A stretch of 32,000 bases of DNA from Methylophaga frappieri (GTDB lineage Bacteria; Pseudomonadota; Gammaproteobacteria; Nitrosococcales; Methylophagaceae): positions 1,530,001-1,562,000 of the forward strand of contig NC_017856.1 of the NCBI RefSeq assembly GCF_000260965.1, given 5' to 3'. Below the pieces are notes generated by a model. That model worked only from the letters and a program-made list of their open reading frames with translations. It was not told the DNA's origin and did not search any database. The position numbers and the translations under genes are program-made. Below are positions 17,001 to 25,998 of this stretch, one piece after another (position 1 is the stretch's first letter; each line of letters begins with the position of its first letter).

Positions 17001-17049
17001 ATTAATTCTCGCACTATGCCCCGTAACAACTCACGGGAGCAGCAGTGCC

Positions 17050-17352
17050 ATGAAACGCCATCTCTGGCTACCTTCTTTTCTGATTATAGGCTTGGTTGTC
17101 ACGCCGGCGGCTTTTGCCAATGCAGGCGCCGAGCGCGAGGCGCTCGCCAAAGTCATCCATGAGCTCAATGCCCTCGAGTCATTAATCAAGCGTGCCGAGG
17201 CCAACGCCGAGCAGGATTCCCGTATCCGATTTCGCTATGACTGGCTGCGTCAGGATCTGAAGCAGATCAAGGATGGCATCCATTCACACATCGACTCTCC
17301 CCGTGCTCAGCCTCGCTCATTTCCGCCATTGCGCGGCGATTACCGTCGATAG
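17050..17352 (+). CDS. RAQPRD-family ICE protein
   Basis: Signal peptide MKRHLWLPSFLIIGLVVTPAAFA and the C-terminal signature SPRAQPRSFPPLRGDY. Confidence 0.85.
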   Translation: MKRHLWLPSFLIIGLVVTPAAFANAGAEREALAKVIHELNALESLIKRAEANAEQDSRIRFRYDWLRQDLKQIKDGIHSHIDSPRAQPRSFPPLRGDYRR

Positions 17353-17360
17353 GTCTCGTC

Positions 17361-17591
17361 ATGAACGCCGCACAACAAACAGCCTTTCAAGCCGGTTCCG
17401 GTATTACCCCGGCCACCATGCTGACGGCCATCGCGTCGATGGTGTTGGTGTTGGCGTTTGTCTGGGTGATTTGGGTAGCGTTAGGAACTTTTCGGGCCTG
17501 GCAGGAAGGGCAGGCCACGCTCTTTGATCTGACCTGGAGCACCCTGCGGGCAAGCATTGTGTTGATGGTTTTGGGTTTCTATTTGCGGTGA
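17361..17591 (+). CDS. Small ICE membrane protein (TIGR03758-type)
   Basis: 76 aa with two hydrophobic helices. Its position after the RAQPRD gene matches remembered synteny. Confidence 0.6.
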   Translation: MNAAQQTAFQAGSGITPATMLTAIASMVLVLAFVWVIWVALGTFRAWQEGQATLFDLTWSTLRASIVLMVLGFYLR

Positions 17592-17702
17592 GTCGATCGA
17601 GTTGAGACCGAGAAAGTCCGGTAAGGGCAAACGGCGATGCAGCGCAGTGGGATGCGGGGATGGTTCCCCTTTTTATCAGCGTTACAGAAGAGGACATTTG
17701 TT

Positions 17703-18080
17703 ATGGACACATCAAATACAAAAAGCGGTTTCAACAAGAAATCTGTTGCCATCCGCAAGTCGCTATCGGCAGCGGTCGCGGGGCTATTACCACTGCCGCT
17801 CTGGGCGGCGTTGCCGACGCCGGTTGCGCCGAGTACGGCGCCGCCAGCGGGTGACTGGATCGGCTTGATTCAGGGCTACATCAAAGACGGCGGCTTGGTA
17901 CTCGGACTGGCCATCGCTGTACTGGGTTTTCTCTGGATCGCCTACCTAGGCTTCGCAAAATTCAATGAAGCTCGCCAGGGCAAGGCAGAGTGGGCTGAAG
18001 TCGGTGTGCTGGGGATTGTCGGCGCGATCGTGCTGATCTTTGCCAGCTATCTGCTCACAGAAGCGGCCGGCGTTATTTAA
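17703..18080 (+). CDS. ICE membrane protein, pilin-like (TIGR03745-type)
   Basis: The ATG at 17703 follows GAAGAGGA. It has a signal-like segment AVAGLLPLPLWAALP and two C-terminal transmembrane helices. The track start at 17637 is unlikely. Confidence 0.6.
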   Translation: MDTSNTKSGFNKKSVAIRKSLSAAVAGLLPLPLWAALPTPVAPSTAPPAGDWIGLIQGYIKDGGLVLGLAIAVLGFLWIAYLGFAKFNEARQGKAEWAEVGVLGIVGAIVLIFASYLLTEAAGVI

Positions 18081-18118
18081 CACCCGACGTCAATATCAAC
18101 TTGCCGTAGGAGACGCGA

Positions 18119-18499
18119 ATGTCCAACGACCATGAAATTCTGGCGGATCGGCTCAATGCCGAGCCCGCCATTTTTAAGGGTTGCTCATCTTCTGAGCTGG
18201 GCATGATTGTGGGGTTAGCCATTGTGATATGGCTGCCCCTCAGTCTGTTGCTGGCCTGGTTGCTGGGTGCCATCACCATGGGTTTTGGTATTGCCGGTGT
18301 CGGTGTGGTGGCCACTGTAGTCACTCTGGCGACGCTCTTTCAGCGTATCAAACGCGGCCGGCCTGAAGGCTATTACCAGCAATGGCTGCGTATTCGTCTG
18401 CAGACGATGGGGCTGTATCGCACGCCCTGGGTACTACGCAGCGGTTCCTGGGATATAGGGAGAACGCACTATGCGCCGCTACCGACTCGAAATCGATAA
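18119..18499 (+). CDS. Conjugative transfer region membrane protein (TIGR03750-type)
   Basis: An AGGAGA ribosome-binding site, two adjacent transmembrane helices and a 126-aa length. Confidence 0.6.
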   Translation: MSNDHEILADRLNAEPAIFKGCSSSELGMIVGLAIVIWLPLSLLLAWLLGAITMGFGIAGVGVVATVVTLATLFQRIKRGRPEGYYQQWLRIRLQTMGLYRTPWVLRSGSWDIGRTHYAPLPTRNR

Positions 18500-19148
18500 C
18501 GTGCGGTCCCATTTGCGCTCCCTGTGGGTCGTGATTGGCTTGCAAGGGATGATCATTCTCGCGCTCTGGATCGGCTGGAGCCAGGCACCCAAGCAGCTGC
18601 GTGTTTATGTGCCACCTGATCTGCGGTCGGGTGCTGTTCTGGCGGCCGAAGAAGTGCCTCCGGCCAATGTCTATGCCTTTGCGTTCTACATTTTCCAGCA
18701 GCTCAATCGCTGGCCAGAAAACGGCGCAACGGATTACGGCAGCGCAATTTTTCGGCTCTCGCCCTACCTGACACCGCGCTACCGCAATGACCTGATCGCC
18801 GATATGGAACTCAAAGCCCGGCGCGGCGAGTTGGCCTACCGGGTGCGCGGTGTCCATGAAGTGCCGGGGCACGGCTACGAGGAGCGCCGCGTCGATGTGT
18901 TATCGCCCGATGTCTGGATTGTCTGGCTGGATCTGGATCTGCTGGAGTCCGTGAAAGGCATGACCGTCAAGCAAACCACGATTCGCTACCCGATTCGGGT
19001 GGTGCGTCAGGCTATCGATCCGGAAACCAATCCCTGGGGCCTGGCACTCGATGGGTACTCTAGCGACGGCCCGCGTCGATTAACCGAAGCCGAGTTGGCT
19101 GAACCCAGCGTGACTGGCGCCATTACCAATAAGGAATCCTCCCAATGA
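18471..19148 (+). CDS. ICE protein (TIGR03746-type), N-terminal membrane anchor
   Basis: GGGAGAA lies 8 nt before the ATG. There is one transmembrane helix (LWVVIGLQGMIILALWIGW). It overlaps the upstream gene by 29 nt. Confidence 0.6.
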   Translation: MRRYRLEIDNVRSHLRSLWVVIGLQGMIILALWIGWSQAPKQLRVYVPPDLRSGAVLAAEEVPPANVYAFAFYIFQQLNRWPENGATDYGSAIFRLSPYLTPRYRNDLIADMELKARRGELAYRVRGVHEVPGHGYEERRVDVLSPDVWIVWLDLDLLESVKGMTVKQTTIRYPIRVVRQAIDPETNPWGLALDGYSSDGPRRLTEAELAEPSVTGAITNKESSQ

Positions 19149-19966
19149 ATTCTCGTGATTTCTTTACGCCATTGAGATGGATCGCTTTGCTCGGTCTCTG
19201 TTTCCCGCTGCTGTCCTTTGCACAAGTCGATGATGCGGCTCCGAACGTTCCAGAACGCGTTGTCTGGAACAAAGCGCCCATCGCAATTCCGTTGGTCGTT
19301 GGTGAAGAGCGCCAGGTGCATTTTCCGGATTCGGTGAGCATCGGCCTGCCGCAGTCACTGACACCGTTGCTGCGCAGCCAAAGCATCAACGGCACTCTAT
19401 ACCTGTTGGCCAGGCAAGCCTTTGAGCCCACCCGTGTCATGGTGCGCTCGGAAACCGACGGCCCAATCTACGTCCTCGATATTTCAGCAGCGCCAGGCGG
19501 AGCAGGCGGTCGATCATTGCCGGATGTGCAGGTACTGCTGAAATCACCACAGGATTTGTCGGAAGATGCTGGTGCCGATCAGTCAACTTCGGACAAGCAA
19601 TCACAGTCTTTGGGTTATGCCGCTTTAACCCGGTATGCCGCGCAACAACTCTATGCGCCAACACGACTGATCCCCCGGCAGCCGGGCGTGGTTGCCGTAC
19701 CCGTAAACCCCGAACCGGTCGATCTTGTAGTGGGCGGCAAGATCGAAGCCGTGCCGGTTGCTGCCTGGAAGGCGGGTTTGCGTTACGTCACTGCCGTCAA
19801 GCTGATCAATCGTACCCAAAGCCCCGTCGTGCTGGATCCACGCGAACTGCGCGGGTCATGGCTGGCGGCAACCTTTCAGCACAATCGCCTGTTACCCGCT
19901 GGCAGTGAGGCCGATACCACAGCCGTCTATCTGGTGTCGGATCGGCGCTTTGATGCGGCCTTTTGA
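19145..19966 (+). CDS. Secreted ICE protein (TIGR03749-type)
   Basis: ATGA start/stop overlap with the upstream gene, and the signal peptide LRWIALLGLCFPLLSFA. Confidence 0.6.
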   Translation: MNSRDFFTPLRWIALLGLCFPLLSFAQVDDAAPNVPERVVWNKAPIAIPLVVGEERQVHFPDSVSIGLPQSLTPLLRSQSINGTLYLLARQAFEPTRVMVRSETDGPIYVLDISAAPGGAGGRSLPDVQVLLKSPQDLSEDAGADQSTSDKQSQSLGYAALTRYAAQQLYAPTRLIPRQPGVVAVPVNPEPVDLVVGGKIEAVPVAAWKAGLRYVTAVKLINRTQSPVVLDPRELRGSWLAATFQHNRLLPAGSEADTTAVYLVSDRRFDAAF

Positions 19967-19998
19967 TGTGGCGCTTTGAGAGAGGATAGGAATCCACC

Positions 19999-21420
19999 AT
20001 GTCGATGGTCACCAGTAATCGTTTGTTACCACTTCTTGCCGGTTCCGTTGTGCTGATGGCGGTGGTCGTCGCGGTGAAGTCCTGTTCCCCGAGTGACCAT
20101 CAACCCCAGCTGTTGGAAGCCGTGCCACAGGCACCGAAACCGGATGCCGATACCCCGGCGGATACCATCAAGACACTGACGGCCAATGTCAGCGCCATGA
20201 CTTCGGAGCTCAACGCCTTGCGCCGGGATAACACCGCACTCAAACAGGAAAACCGCGATTTGATCGAAGACCGAAAGCAGATCGAGAACAACGTGTTGTC
20301 GAGAGTGCAGACAGCCTTGGAGGCAAAGCGTAGCGACGCCGCGCCAAGCGAAACCACGTCGGCCATCGCCGCGTTGACGGCGAGGGTGGATTCCCTGGCC
20401 AACCGCTTTGGGACATCATCGACACAGCGGTCTTCCACGGGTTCTGATATTCCGGTCGGGCTCGGTCTGGATGGTGTCAGAGGATCATCTGCGGAAGCGG
20501 AATCGCTGGTGTGGGTCAGCCCTCTCGAACTCACTCCGTCAGCTGACAATGATAAGGAGACGATGCTCAACCGCTTCAGTCGCGGCAGCCGCAATGCGTT
20601 AGATAGCGCCGGTCCGGAAGTGAAATCGCTGGTAACGAAAGGATCTGAAGCCCTCAATACCGCTCTGCCGGTCTACACCGTGCCGCGCAATGCCACCCTG
20701 ATTGGATCAACTGGCATGACCGCCTTGGTGGGCAGGGTGCCGATTCAGGGACAGGTGCGCGACCCCATGCCGTTCAAGGTGATTACCGGCAAAGAAAACC
20801 TCGCCGCCAATGGACTGCGCATTCCAGGCATTGAAGGCATGATCTGGAGTGGAACGGCAGTTGGCGACTGGACGCTCTCCTGTGTGACCGGAAAGCTGGA
20901 ATCGGTGACCTTCGTGTTCGAGGACGGCACCATTCAGACCCTCTCCAGCGATGACAACCAACGGGGTGGTTCCAGTGGAAGCAGCGATAGACCGCTGGGC
21001 TGGATCTCCGATGCACGGGGTATCCCTTGTATCACGGGCGAACGCAAGACCAACGCACCCGCATTCCTGACACAGCGCATTGGCGTGATGGCTCTCGAAG
21101 CGGCTGGTGAAGCGGCAGCACAGGCCGAAACCACAACGCTGATCAATGATTCAGGCTCGGCCACCAGTGTGGTCTCTGGTGAGACCGGTAAATACGTACT
21201 GGGCAAAACCCTGAGCGGCGGTAGCGACGAAGTCGCCCAGTGGCTGCGGGAGCGTCAGGCACAGAGCTTCGATGCGGTCTTCGTGCCCGCCGGTGTCGAG
21301 CTGGCAATCCACGTTGATCATGAACTCCCCATCGATTTCCATTCCAACGGCAGGAAACTTCATCATGAAACCCATCTTTTCCAGCAAGCGACGATTACCA
21401 CTGGTTCTGGTCTGGACTAG
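19999..21420 (+). CDS. ICE protein (TIGR03752-type; VirB10/TraB-like role inferred)
   Basis: A GAGAGGA ribosome-binding site, an N-terminal transmembrane helix, a coiled-coil stretch (LNALRRDNTALKQENRDLIEDRKQIENN) and a large C-terminal domain. Confidence 0.65.
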   Translation: MSMVTSNRLLPLLAGSVVLMAVVVAVKSCSPSDHQPQLLEAVPQAPKPDADTPADTIKTLTANVSAMTSELNALRRDNTALKQENRDLIEDRKQIENNVLSRVQTALEAKRSDAAPSETTSAIAALTARVDSLANRFGTSSTQRSSTGSDIPVGLGLDGVRGSSAEAESLVWVSPLELTPSADNDKETMLNRFSRGSRNALDSAGPEVKSLVTKGSEALNTALPVYTVPRNATLIGSTGMTALVGRVPIQGQVRDPMPFKVITGKENLAANGLRIPGIEGMIWSGTAVGDWTLSCVTGKLESVTFVFEDGTIQTLSSDDNQRGGSSGSSDRPLGWISDARGIPCITGERKTNAPAFLTQRIGVMALEAAGEAAAQAETTTLINDSGSATSVVSGETGKYVLGKTLSGGSDEVAQWLRERQAQSFDAVFVPAGVELAIHVDHELPIDFHSNGRKLHHETHLFQQATITTGSGLD

Positions 21421-21823
21421 CGCCTTGATGGTCGGCTGCGCCAGTACTAAAGAGACAGTACTACCGCAGGACGGCCCGACCATGAAGTCCATTTACGATC
21501 AGCACATGGTGGATGTTCAGAAGCCAGACCATCGGCGAGTCATCGGTGGTCAGCCGTTACCGCAATCCGGTATCGACCACTACCAGGGCTTTGTGCGAGA
21601 GGCCGCTAATGAAATCGACACGGTATTTCCCCGTCTGCCGAATCCTACGCTGGTGATGTATATCTTTCCCCACCTGTCGGGCAGTGAGCGCACCCCGGTA
21701 CCAGGTTATGTCACCACCTTTCCCTTCTATGAAAAGGTGGAGTACGCCTTACCGGGAGAAGTGCCGGGGGAAGTACCTGGTGAATCGTCCGCAACGGCCA
21801 ATCATTCGACGTTGGATCAGTAG
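21365..21823 (+). CDS. Conjugative transfer lipoprotein (TIGR03751-type)
   Basis: The ATG at 21365 gives MKPIFSSKRRLPLVLVWTSALMVGC, which carries a lipobox. It overlaps the upstream gene by 56 nt. It contains the tandem peptide repeat GEVPGEVPGE (nt 21752-21784). Confidence 0.7.
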   Translation: MKPIFSSKRRLPLVLVWTSALMVGCASTKETVLPQDGPTMKSIYDQHMVDVQKPDHRRVIGGQPLPQSGIDHYQGFVREAANEIDTVFPRLPNPTLVMYIFPHLSGSERTPVPGYVTTFPFYEKVEYALPGEVPGEVPGESSATANHSTLDQ

Positions 21824-21832
21824 GAACGCTTG

Positions 21833-24556
21833 ATGCCAAAACATAAACCTAACCTTCCCGAGGGTGCGCCCTTAACCACTGCCGCGGTCAAACAACACTA
21901 TACCCGCCCGCCGTCGTTTACCGATTTGCTGCCTTGGATGGAATACATTCCCGAGAGTAGAGCTTTTCTGTTAGAGGATGGGGTCAGCCTCGGCGCGCTG
22001 TTCGAGGTGCAGCCGGTCGGTTGTGAGGCAAGGACGCCAGCCTTTATGACCCAGCTGCGTGACGCCATTCAAACGGCAATCAACGAGGCCATTCCCGAGC
22101 GCGACGATGCGCCTTGGGTATTGCAGATCTATGTGCAGGACGAGCCCAGGCTAACTCAATTCAATGAGTCGTTGGCCCGTTATCCGTCGCCGGCGGTTCG
22201 TGCTTCGGATTACTCTCAACATTACCAGTCGGTGATGTCGAAGCACCTGCAAGCGATTTCCCGACCGGGTGGGTTGTTTGACGATACCACCGTCACCGGT
22301 TCGCGTTGGCAGGGGCAGCAACGGCGGATCCGCGTTGTGCTCTACCGCCGTTTGAAAAGCAACGGCAAAATGCCACCCGCTGTTGAAGTGGAGGAGGCGC
22401 TCAATGACGTGGCCACCAAATGGATCGCCTCACTGACCTCTGCCGGAATCAACGCCCAACGGGTCAATGGTCAGGCGTTTTATCATTGGTTGCTGAGCTG
22501 GTTCAATCCCAATCCACCGCTGGCAGACGGTAATCCAGAATCAATGCTCCAGTTGGCACCCTATCCGGGCGATGACAATTTACCCTTCGGCTATGACTTT
22601 GCCGAACAGCTGACCCTGTCGATGCCCCGTTCCGACGAGACAACAGCGACTTGGCTCTTCGATAACTTGCCTCATACGGTGGTGACCATTCAAAGTCTGC
22701 GGCGGGCGCCAGATATAGGGCACTTCACGGCGGAACGCCAGGCCGGGGATCAGGTGTATTCGCTGTTCGATCGTTTACCCGAGCACACCATCATGGCGAT
22801 AACTCTCACGCTCAAACCGCAAGACACTACCCGCAATCACATTGCCCAGATCAAGCGTGCTTCGGTAGGCGATTCCGCTGAGGCGTCGATCACCCGGGAA
22901 GATGCGGAACACGTGGAGCGGGAAATGGCGCAGGGGAACAAGCTGTATCCCGTGAGCATGGCCTTCTATGTGCGCGGAGATAATCAAAAGGCGCTACGGA
23001 ACAATTTGAATCGTCTCCACGCGCTGCTTTTGCCCAATGGTCTGCAGCCCATTGCCCAGGAAGCTGACCTGCTGTCGCTCGACAGTTACATCCGTAACCT
23101 GCCCATGGCCTACGACGCCGACCTGGACAAATCCCGCCGACGCTCGCGGCTGATCTTCTCTCGGCATATTGCCAATATGGTACCGTTCTACGGCCGTTCC
23201 CGTGGCACCGGTCATCCCGGCCTGGTGTTCTACAACCGGGGCGCCGAACCGCTGGTCTTCGACCCGTTGCACAGGGATGACCGTAAGAAAAACGCCCACA
23301 TGCTGATCCTTGGGCCGACGGGGGCGGGCAAGTCGGCACTGTTGGTATATCTGCTGCAGCAGATGATGGCACGGCATCGGCCACGGTTTTTTATTATCGA
23401 GGCAGGGGCTTCGTTTTCGTTGCTGGGGCAGCATTTTGCGCATCACGGTCTGTCAGTGAACCAGATCACCCTGAACCCTAATGTCGATGTTAGCCTGCCG
23501 CCTTTCGCCGATGCGCTTCGACTTCTGGATCGGCGTCACGCGTTTAATCCACTCGATGTCGATGTATCCACAATGGAGGAGACGTTAGACGAAGATGATG
23601 AGATCGAGGAGGAAGGGGGCGGTCGCGATATCCTCGGCGAAATGGAGATCGCTGCACGTATCATGATTACCGGCGGCGATGAACGCGAAGACGCGCGATT
23701 GACCCGGGCCGACCGACTGCTGATCCGCAATGCCATATTCCTTGCCGCAAAAACCGTGAAAGAGACCAGTCGAACCCAGGTGATTACCCAGGATGTGGTC
23801 AACGCCTTCCAGACCATCGCCACCAACAGGGAATTGCCCGAACACCGGCGTAATCGAGCCCTGGAAATGGGGGATGGTATGGCGTTGTTCTGTTCGGGCC
23901 TGGCGGGCCACTTCTTCAACCGGCCGGGACAGTCCTGGCCTGAAGCCGATGTCACTATCCTCGAAATGGGCATGTTGGCCAGAGAGGGCTACGAGGATCA
24001 GCTCACCGTCGCCTACCTGTCCATGATGAGCCATATCAATGACCTGGTGGAACGTCATCAACATGACGATCGGCCCACGCTGGTGGTGACTGACGAAGGC
24101 CACATCATTACCACCAATCCCTTGCTGGCGCGCTACGTGGTCAAGATCACCAAAATGTGGCGCAAGCTCGGTGCCTGGTTCTGGATCGCCACCCAGAATC
24201 TGGAAGACTTTCCGGATGCCAGCCGCAAGATGCTCAACATGATGGAGTGGTGGCTGTGCCTGGTCATGCCGAAAGAAGAGGTGGAGCAGATCGCCCGCTT
24301 CAAGGATCTCAATGACGAACAGCGCAACCTCCTGTTGTCTGCCCGCAAGGAGCCGGGAAAATACGTGGAAGGAGTCGTCCTGGCCGACAAGGTCGAAGCG
24401 CTGTTCCGCAACGTACCGCCAGCCTTATCGCTCGCCCTGGCCATGACCGAAAAGCATGAGAAGGCTGAACGTGCAGCGATTATGCGTGAGAAGAACTGCT
24501 CGGAGCTGGAGGCGGTTTACGAGATCGCCAAGCGTATCGAGCAGTCTCGTGCGTAG
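21833..24556 (+). CDS. Conjugative transfer ATPase (VirB4/TraC-like, TIGR03744-type)
   Basis: Walker A GPTGAGKS and Walker B TLVVTDEGH. The length is about 907 aa. AGGAA lies 6 nt before the ATG at 21833. Confidence 0.9.
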   Translation: MPKHKPNLPEGAPLTTAAVKQHYTRPPSFTDLLPWMEYIPESRAFLLEDGVSLGALFEVQPVGCEARTPAFMTQLRDAIQTAINEAIPERDDAPWVLQIYVQDEPRLTQFNESLARYPSPAVRASDYSQHYQSVMSKHLQAISRPGGLFDDTTVTGSRWQGQQRRIRVVLYRRLKSNGKMPPAVEVEEALNDVATKWIASLTSAGINAQRVNGQAFYHWLLSWFNPNPPLADGNPESMLQLAPYPGDDNLPFGYDFAEQLTLSMPRSDETTATWLFDNLPHTVVTIQSLRRAPDIGHFTAERQAGDQVYSLFDRLPEHTIMAITLTLKPQDTTRNHIAQIKRASVGDSAEASITREDAEHVEREMAQGNKLYPVSMAFYVRGDNQKALRNNLNRLHALLLPNGLQPIAQEADLLSLDSYIRNLPMAYDADLDKSRRRSRLIFSRHIANMVPFYGRSRGTGHPGLVFYNRGAEPLVFDPLHRDDRKKNAHMLILGPTGAGKSALLVYLLQQMMARHRPRFFIIEAGASFSLLGQHFAHHGLSVNQITLNPNVDVSLPPFADALRLLDRRHAFNPLDVDVSTMEETLDEDDEIEEEGGGRDILGEMEIAARIMITGGDEREDARLTRADRLLIRNAIFLAAKTVKETSRTQVITQDVVNAFQTIATNRELPEHRRNRALEMGDGMALFCSGLAGHFFNRPGQSWPEADVTILEMGMLAREGYEDQLTVAYLSMMSHINDLVERHQHDDRPTLVVTDEGHIITTNPLLARYVVKITKMWRKLGAWFWIATQNLEDFPDASRKMLNMMEWWLCLVMPKEEVEQIARFKDLNDEQRNLLLSARKEPGKYVEGVVLADKVEALFRNVPPALSLALAMTEKHEKAERAAIMREKNCSELEAVYEIAKRIEQSRA

Positions 24557-24570
24557 CAGTTTTACTGATC

Positions 24571-25398
24571 TCAGGGGTGTTTCACGACTCCACGGCAGGC
24601 CGGATAGGTTGCGCATCCCCAAAATTGATTGCCGGCGTTTTGTCCCTTTCTGGCCGTTCTTGGCACCATCGTACCGCCACACTTTGGGCACTGTTTTTGA
24701 CTTTGGGGCGTCGTTGACGCTGTGACTGACGGCACGACTGCGGGGGCGGCTGGCGGTGAGGGAGCCTTCTTCTGGCGCAAATGCTTGACGTGCTGTCGGT
24801 TGGTGGTAAACCCCCGCTGTAATCTCAGCTGTTCGATTTGTGCCGTCATAGTATCCACGGCGGCCTGGCTGAGGATCACTTCGCGCCGCGCTTTGATATA
24901 CCGGATATACCCACCGGCATAAACCACATTCTCGGGCAACTCCGTCTTGAACGTCGAATCACCGACAAACACCACCAGCGAGTGAATCGCGGAAGCCGGA
25001 ATATTCAGCAGGGTTTCCAGGGTTTTGACGTGTTTATAGTTCTGGTGCAGTGGGTTCTGAAATTTATGGGTGTGTTTGTAGATTTTCTGGGTCCAGGTTT
25101 TCTGGTTGGCCGAGCCGAATATCCAGCCCTTCATATTTTTGGTTTCAATTACGAATACGCCGTAGCGCGACACAATGATGTGGTCGATCTGTGTGGTGCC
25201 ATCATCGGTTTGTAATGTCACATCCTTGATCAGGCGGTATTCGTCCTTTGGAAGAAACAGTCGTGCGGCCGTATTCACCAGAAACTCACCGGTAATGCCT
25301 TTGAACCAGGGGGACTTGAGAACACCTGCCAGGATGGCGAGAGGTATGAGGTACCACAGCGCGCCGTAGACCTGTTGGATGATGGGGCTGAAATCCAT
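24571..25398 (-). CDS. NERD-domain protein with C-terminal topoisomerase-type zinc ribbon
   Basis: An N-terminal transmembrane helix, the NERD core DHIIVSRYGVFVIETKNMKGWIFG, and a C-terminal CPKCGGTMVPRT...FWGCATYPACRG motif. It is convergent with the ATPase gene, leaving a 14-nt gap. Confidence 0.85.
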   Translation of the reverse strand: MDFSPIIQQVYGALWYLIPLAILAGVLKSPWFKGITGEFLVNTAARLFLPKDEYRLIKDVTLQTDDGTTQIDHIIVSRYGVFVIETKNMKGWIFGSANQKTWTQKIYKHTHKFQNPLHQNYKHVKTLETLLNIPASAIHSLVVFVGDSTFKTELPENVVYAGGYIRYIKARREVILSQAAVDTMTAQIEQLRLQRGFTTNRQHVKHLRQKKAPSPPAAPAVVPSVTASTTPQSQKQCPKCGGTMVPRTARKGQNAGNQFWGCATYPACRGVVKHP

Positions 25399-25518
25399 TC
25401 CTGTATTTCTTCCGTTACGAATGTCCCGCCATTATAGGAATGTCGCCTCTGGTCGGCCAGAAACATCGACGCTTCATGTCTGGATTTTCCGTTTATCCCC
25501 CACCGTCAATCCTTCAGC

Positions 25519-25998
25519 ATGAATGCTCTGTCAAAGGTATGTGGATCCGGATGGCCGCCAGTGAATATTGCAAGAGCTCATCTCATTCTTTCGATCGGTC
25601 TAACAGGGGTGCTCTGTGAGCCGGTTTTGGCTGACGAACCCTCAACTGCGATCGAGGTATTTACCGATTCAATGAACCCGGTCGCGAATAATGCGGACGG
25701 TATAACGGTGTACTACATAGACCGTATTGATCGACTTCAGAAGGAACTCTCCAAAGACTTGCCAGCGAATCCCGAAGTTGCAAAACAGACAGCCCTCCAT
25801 CGCTTTCAGCGTATGGACAATAAACTCAGCCATGAACTGGAAAACGCCGCTAACGGTTTGGTGCAGGCGATGCAGTACGGCATTGATCGCTACCCGGCCA
25901 TTGTCTTCGATGGCAATGCGGTGGTTTACGGCATCACTGACATTCGAGCGGCAACCCAACGGTATCGGCAGTGGCAGGCCGGGGAGGCTCGACCATGA
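25519..25998 (+). CDS. Secreted ICE protein (TIGR03757-type)
   Basis: Signal-like N-terminus. Its position after the ATPase matches remembered synteny. The start is not supported by a clear ribosome-binding site. Confidence 0.55.
   Translation: MNALSKVCGSGWPPVNIARAHLILSIGLTGVLCEPVLADEPSTAIEVFTDSMNPVANNADGITVYYIDRIDRLQKELSKDLPANPEVAKQTALHRFQRMDNKLSHELENAANGLVQAMQYGIDRYPAIVFDGNAVVYGITDIRAATQRYRQWQAGEARP

Noticed and set aside
21752-21784. Tandem GEVPGEVPGE repeat in the lipoprotein gene
   Set aside because: It has under three units and lies in a likely disordered C-terminal tail. The repeat is real, but it is too short to support any functional or phase-variation claim.
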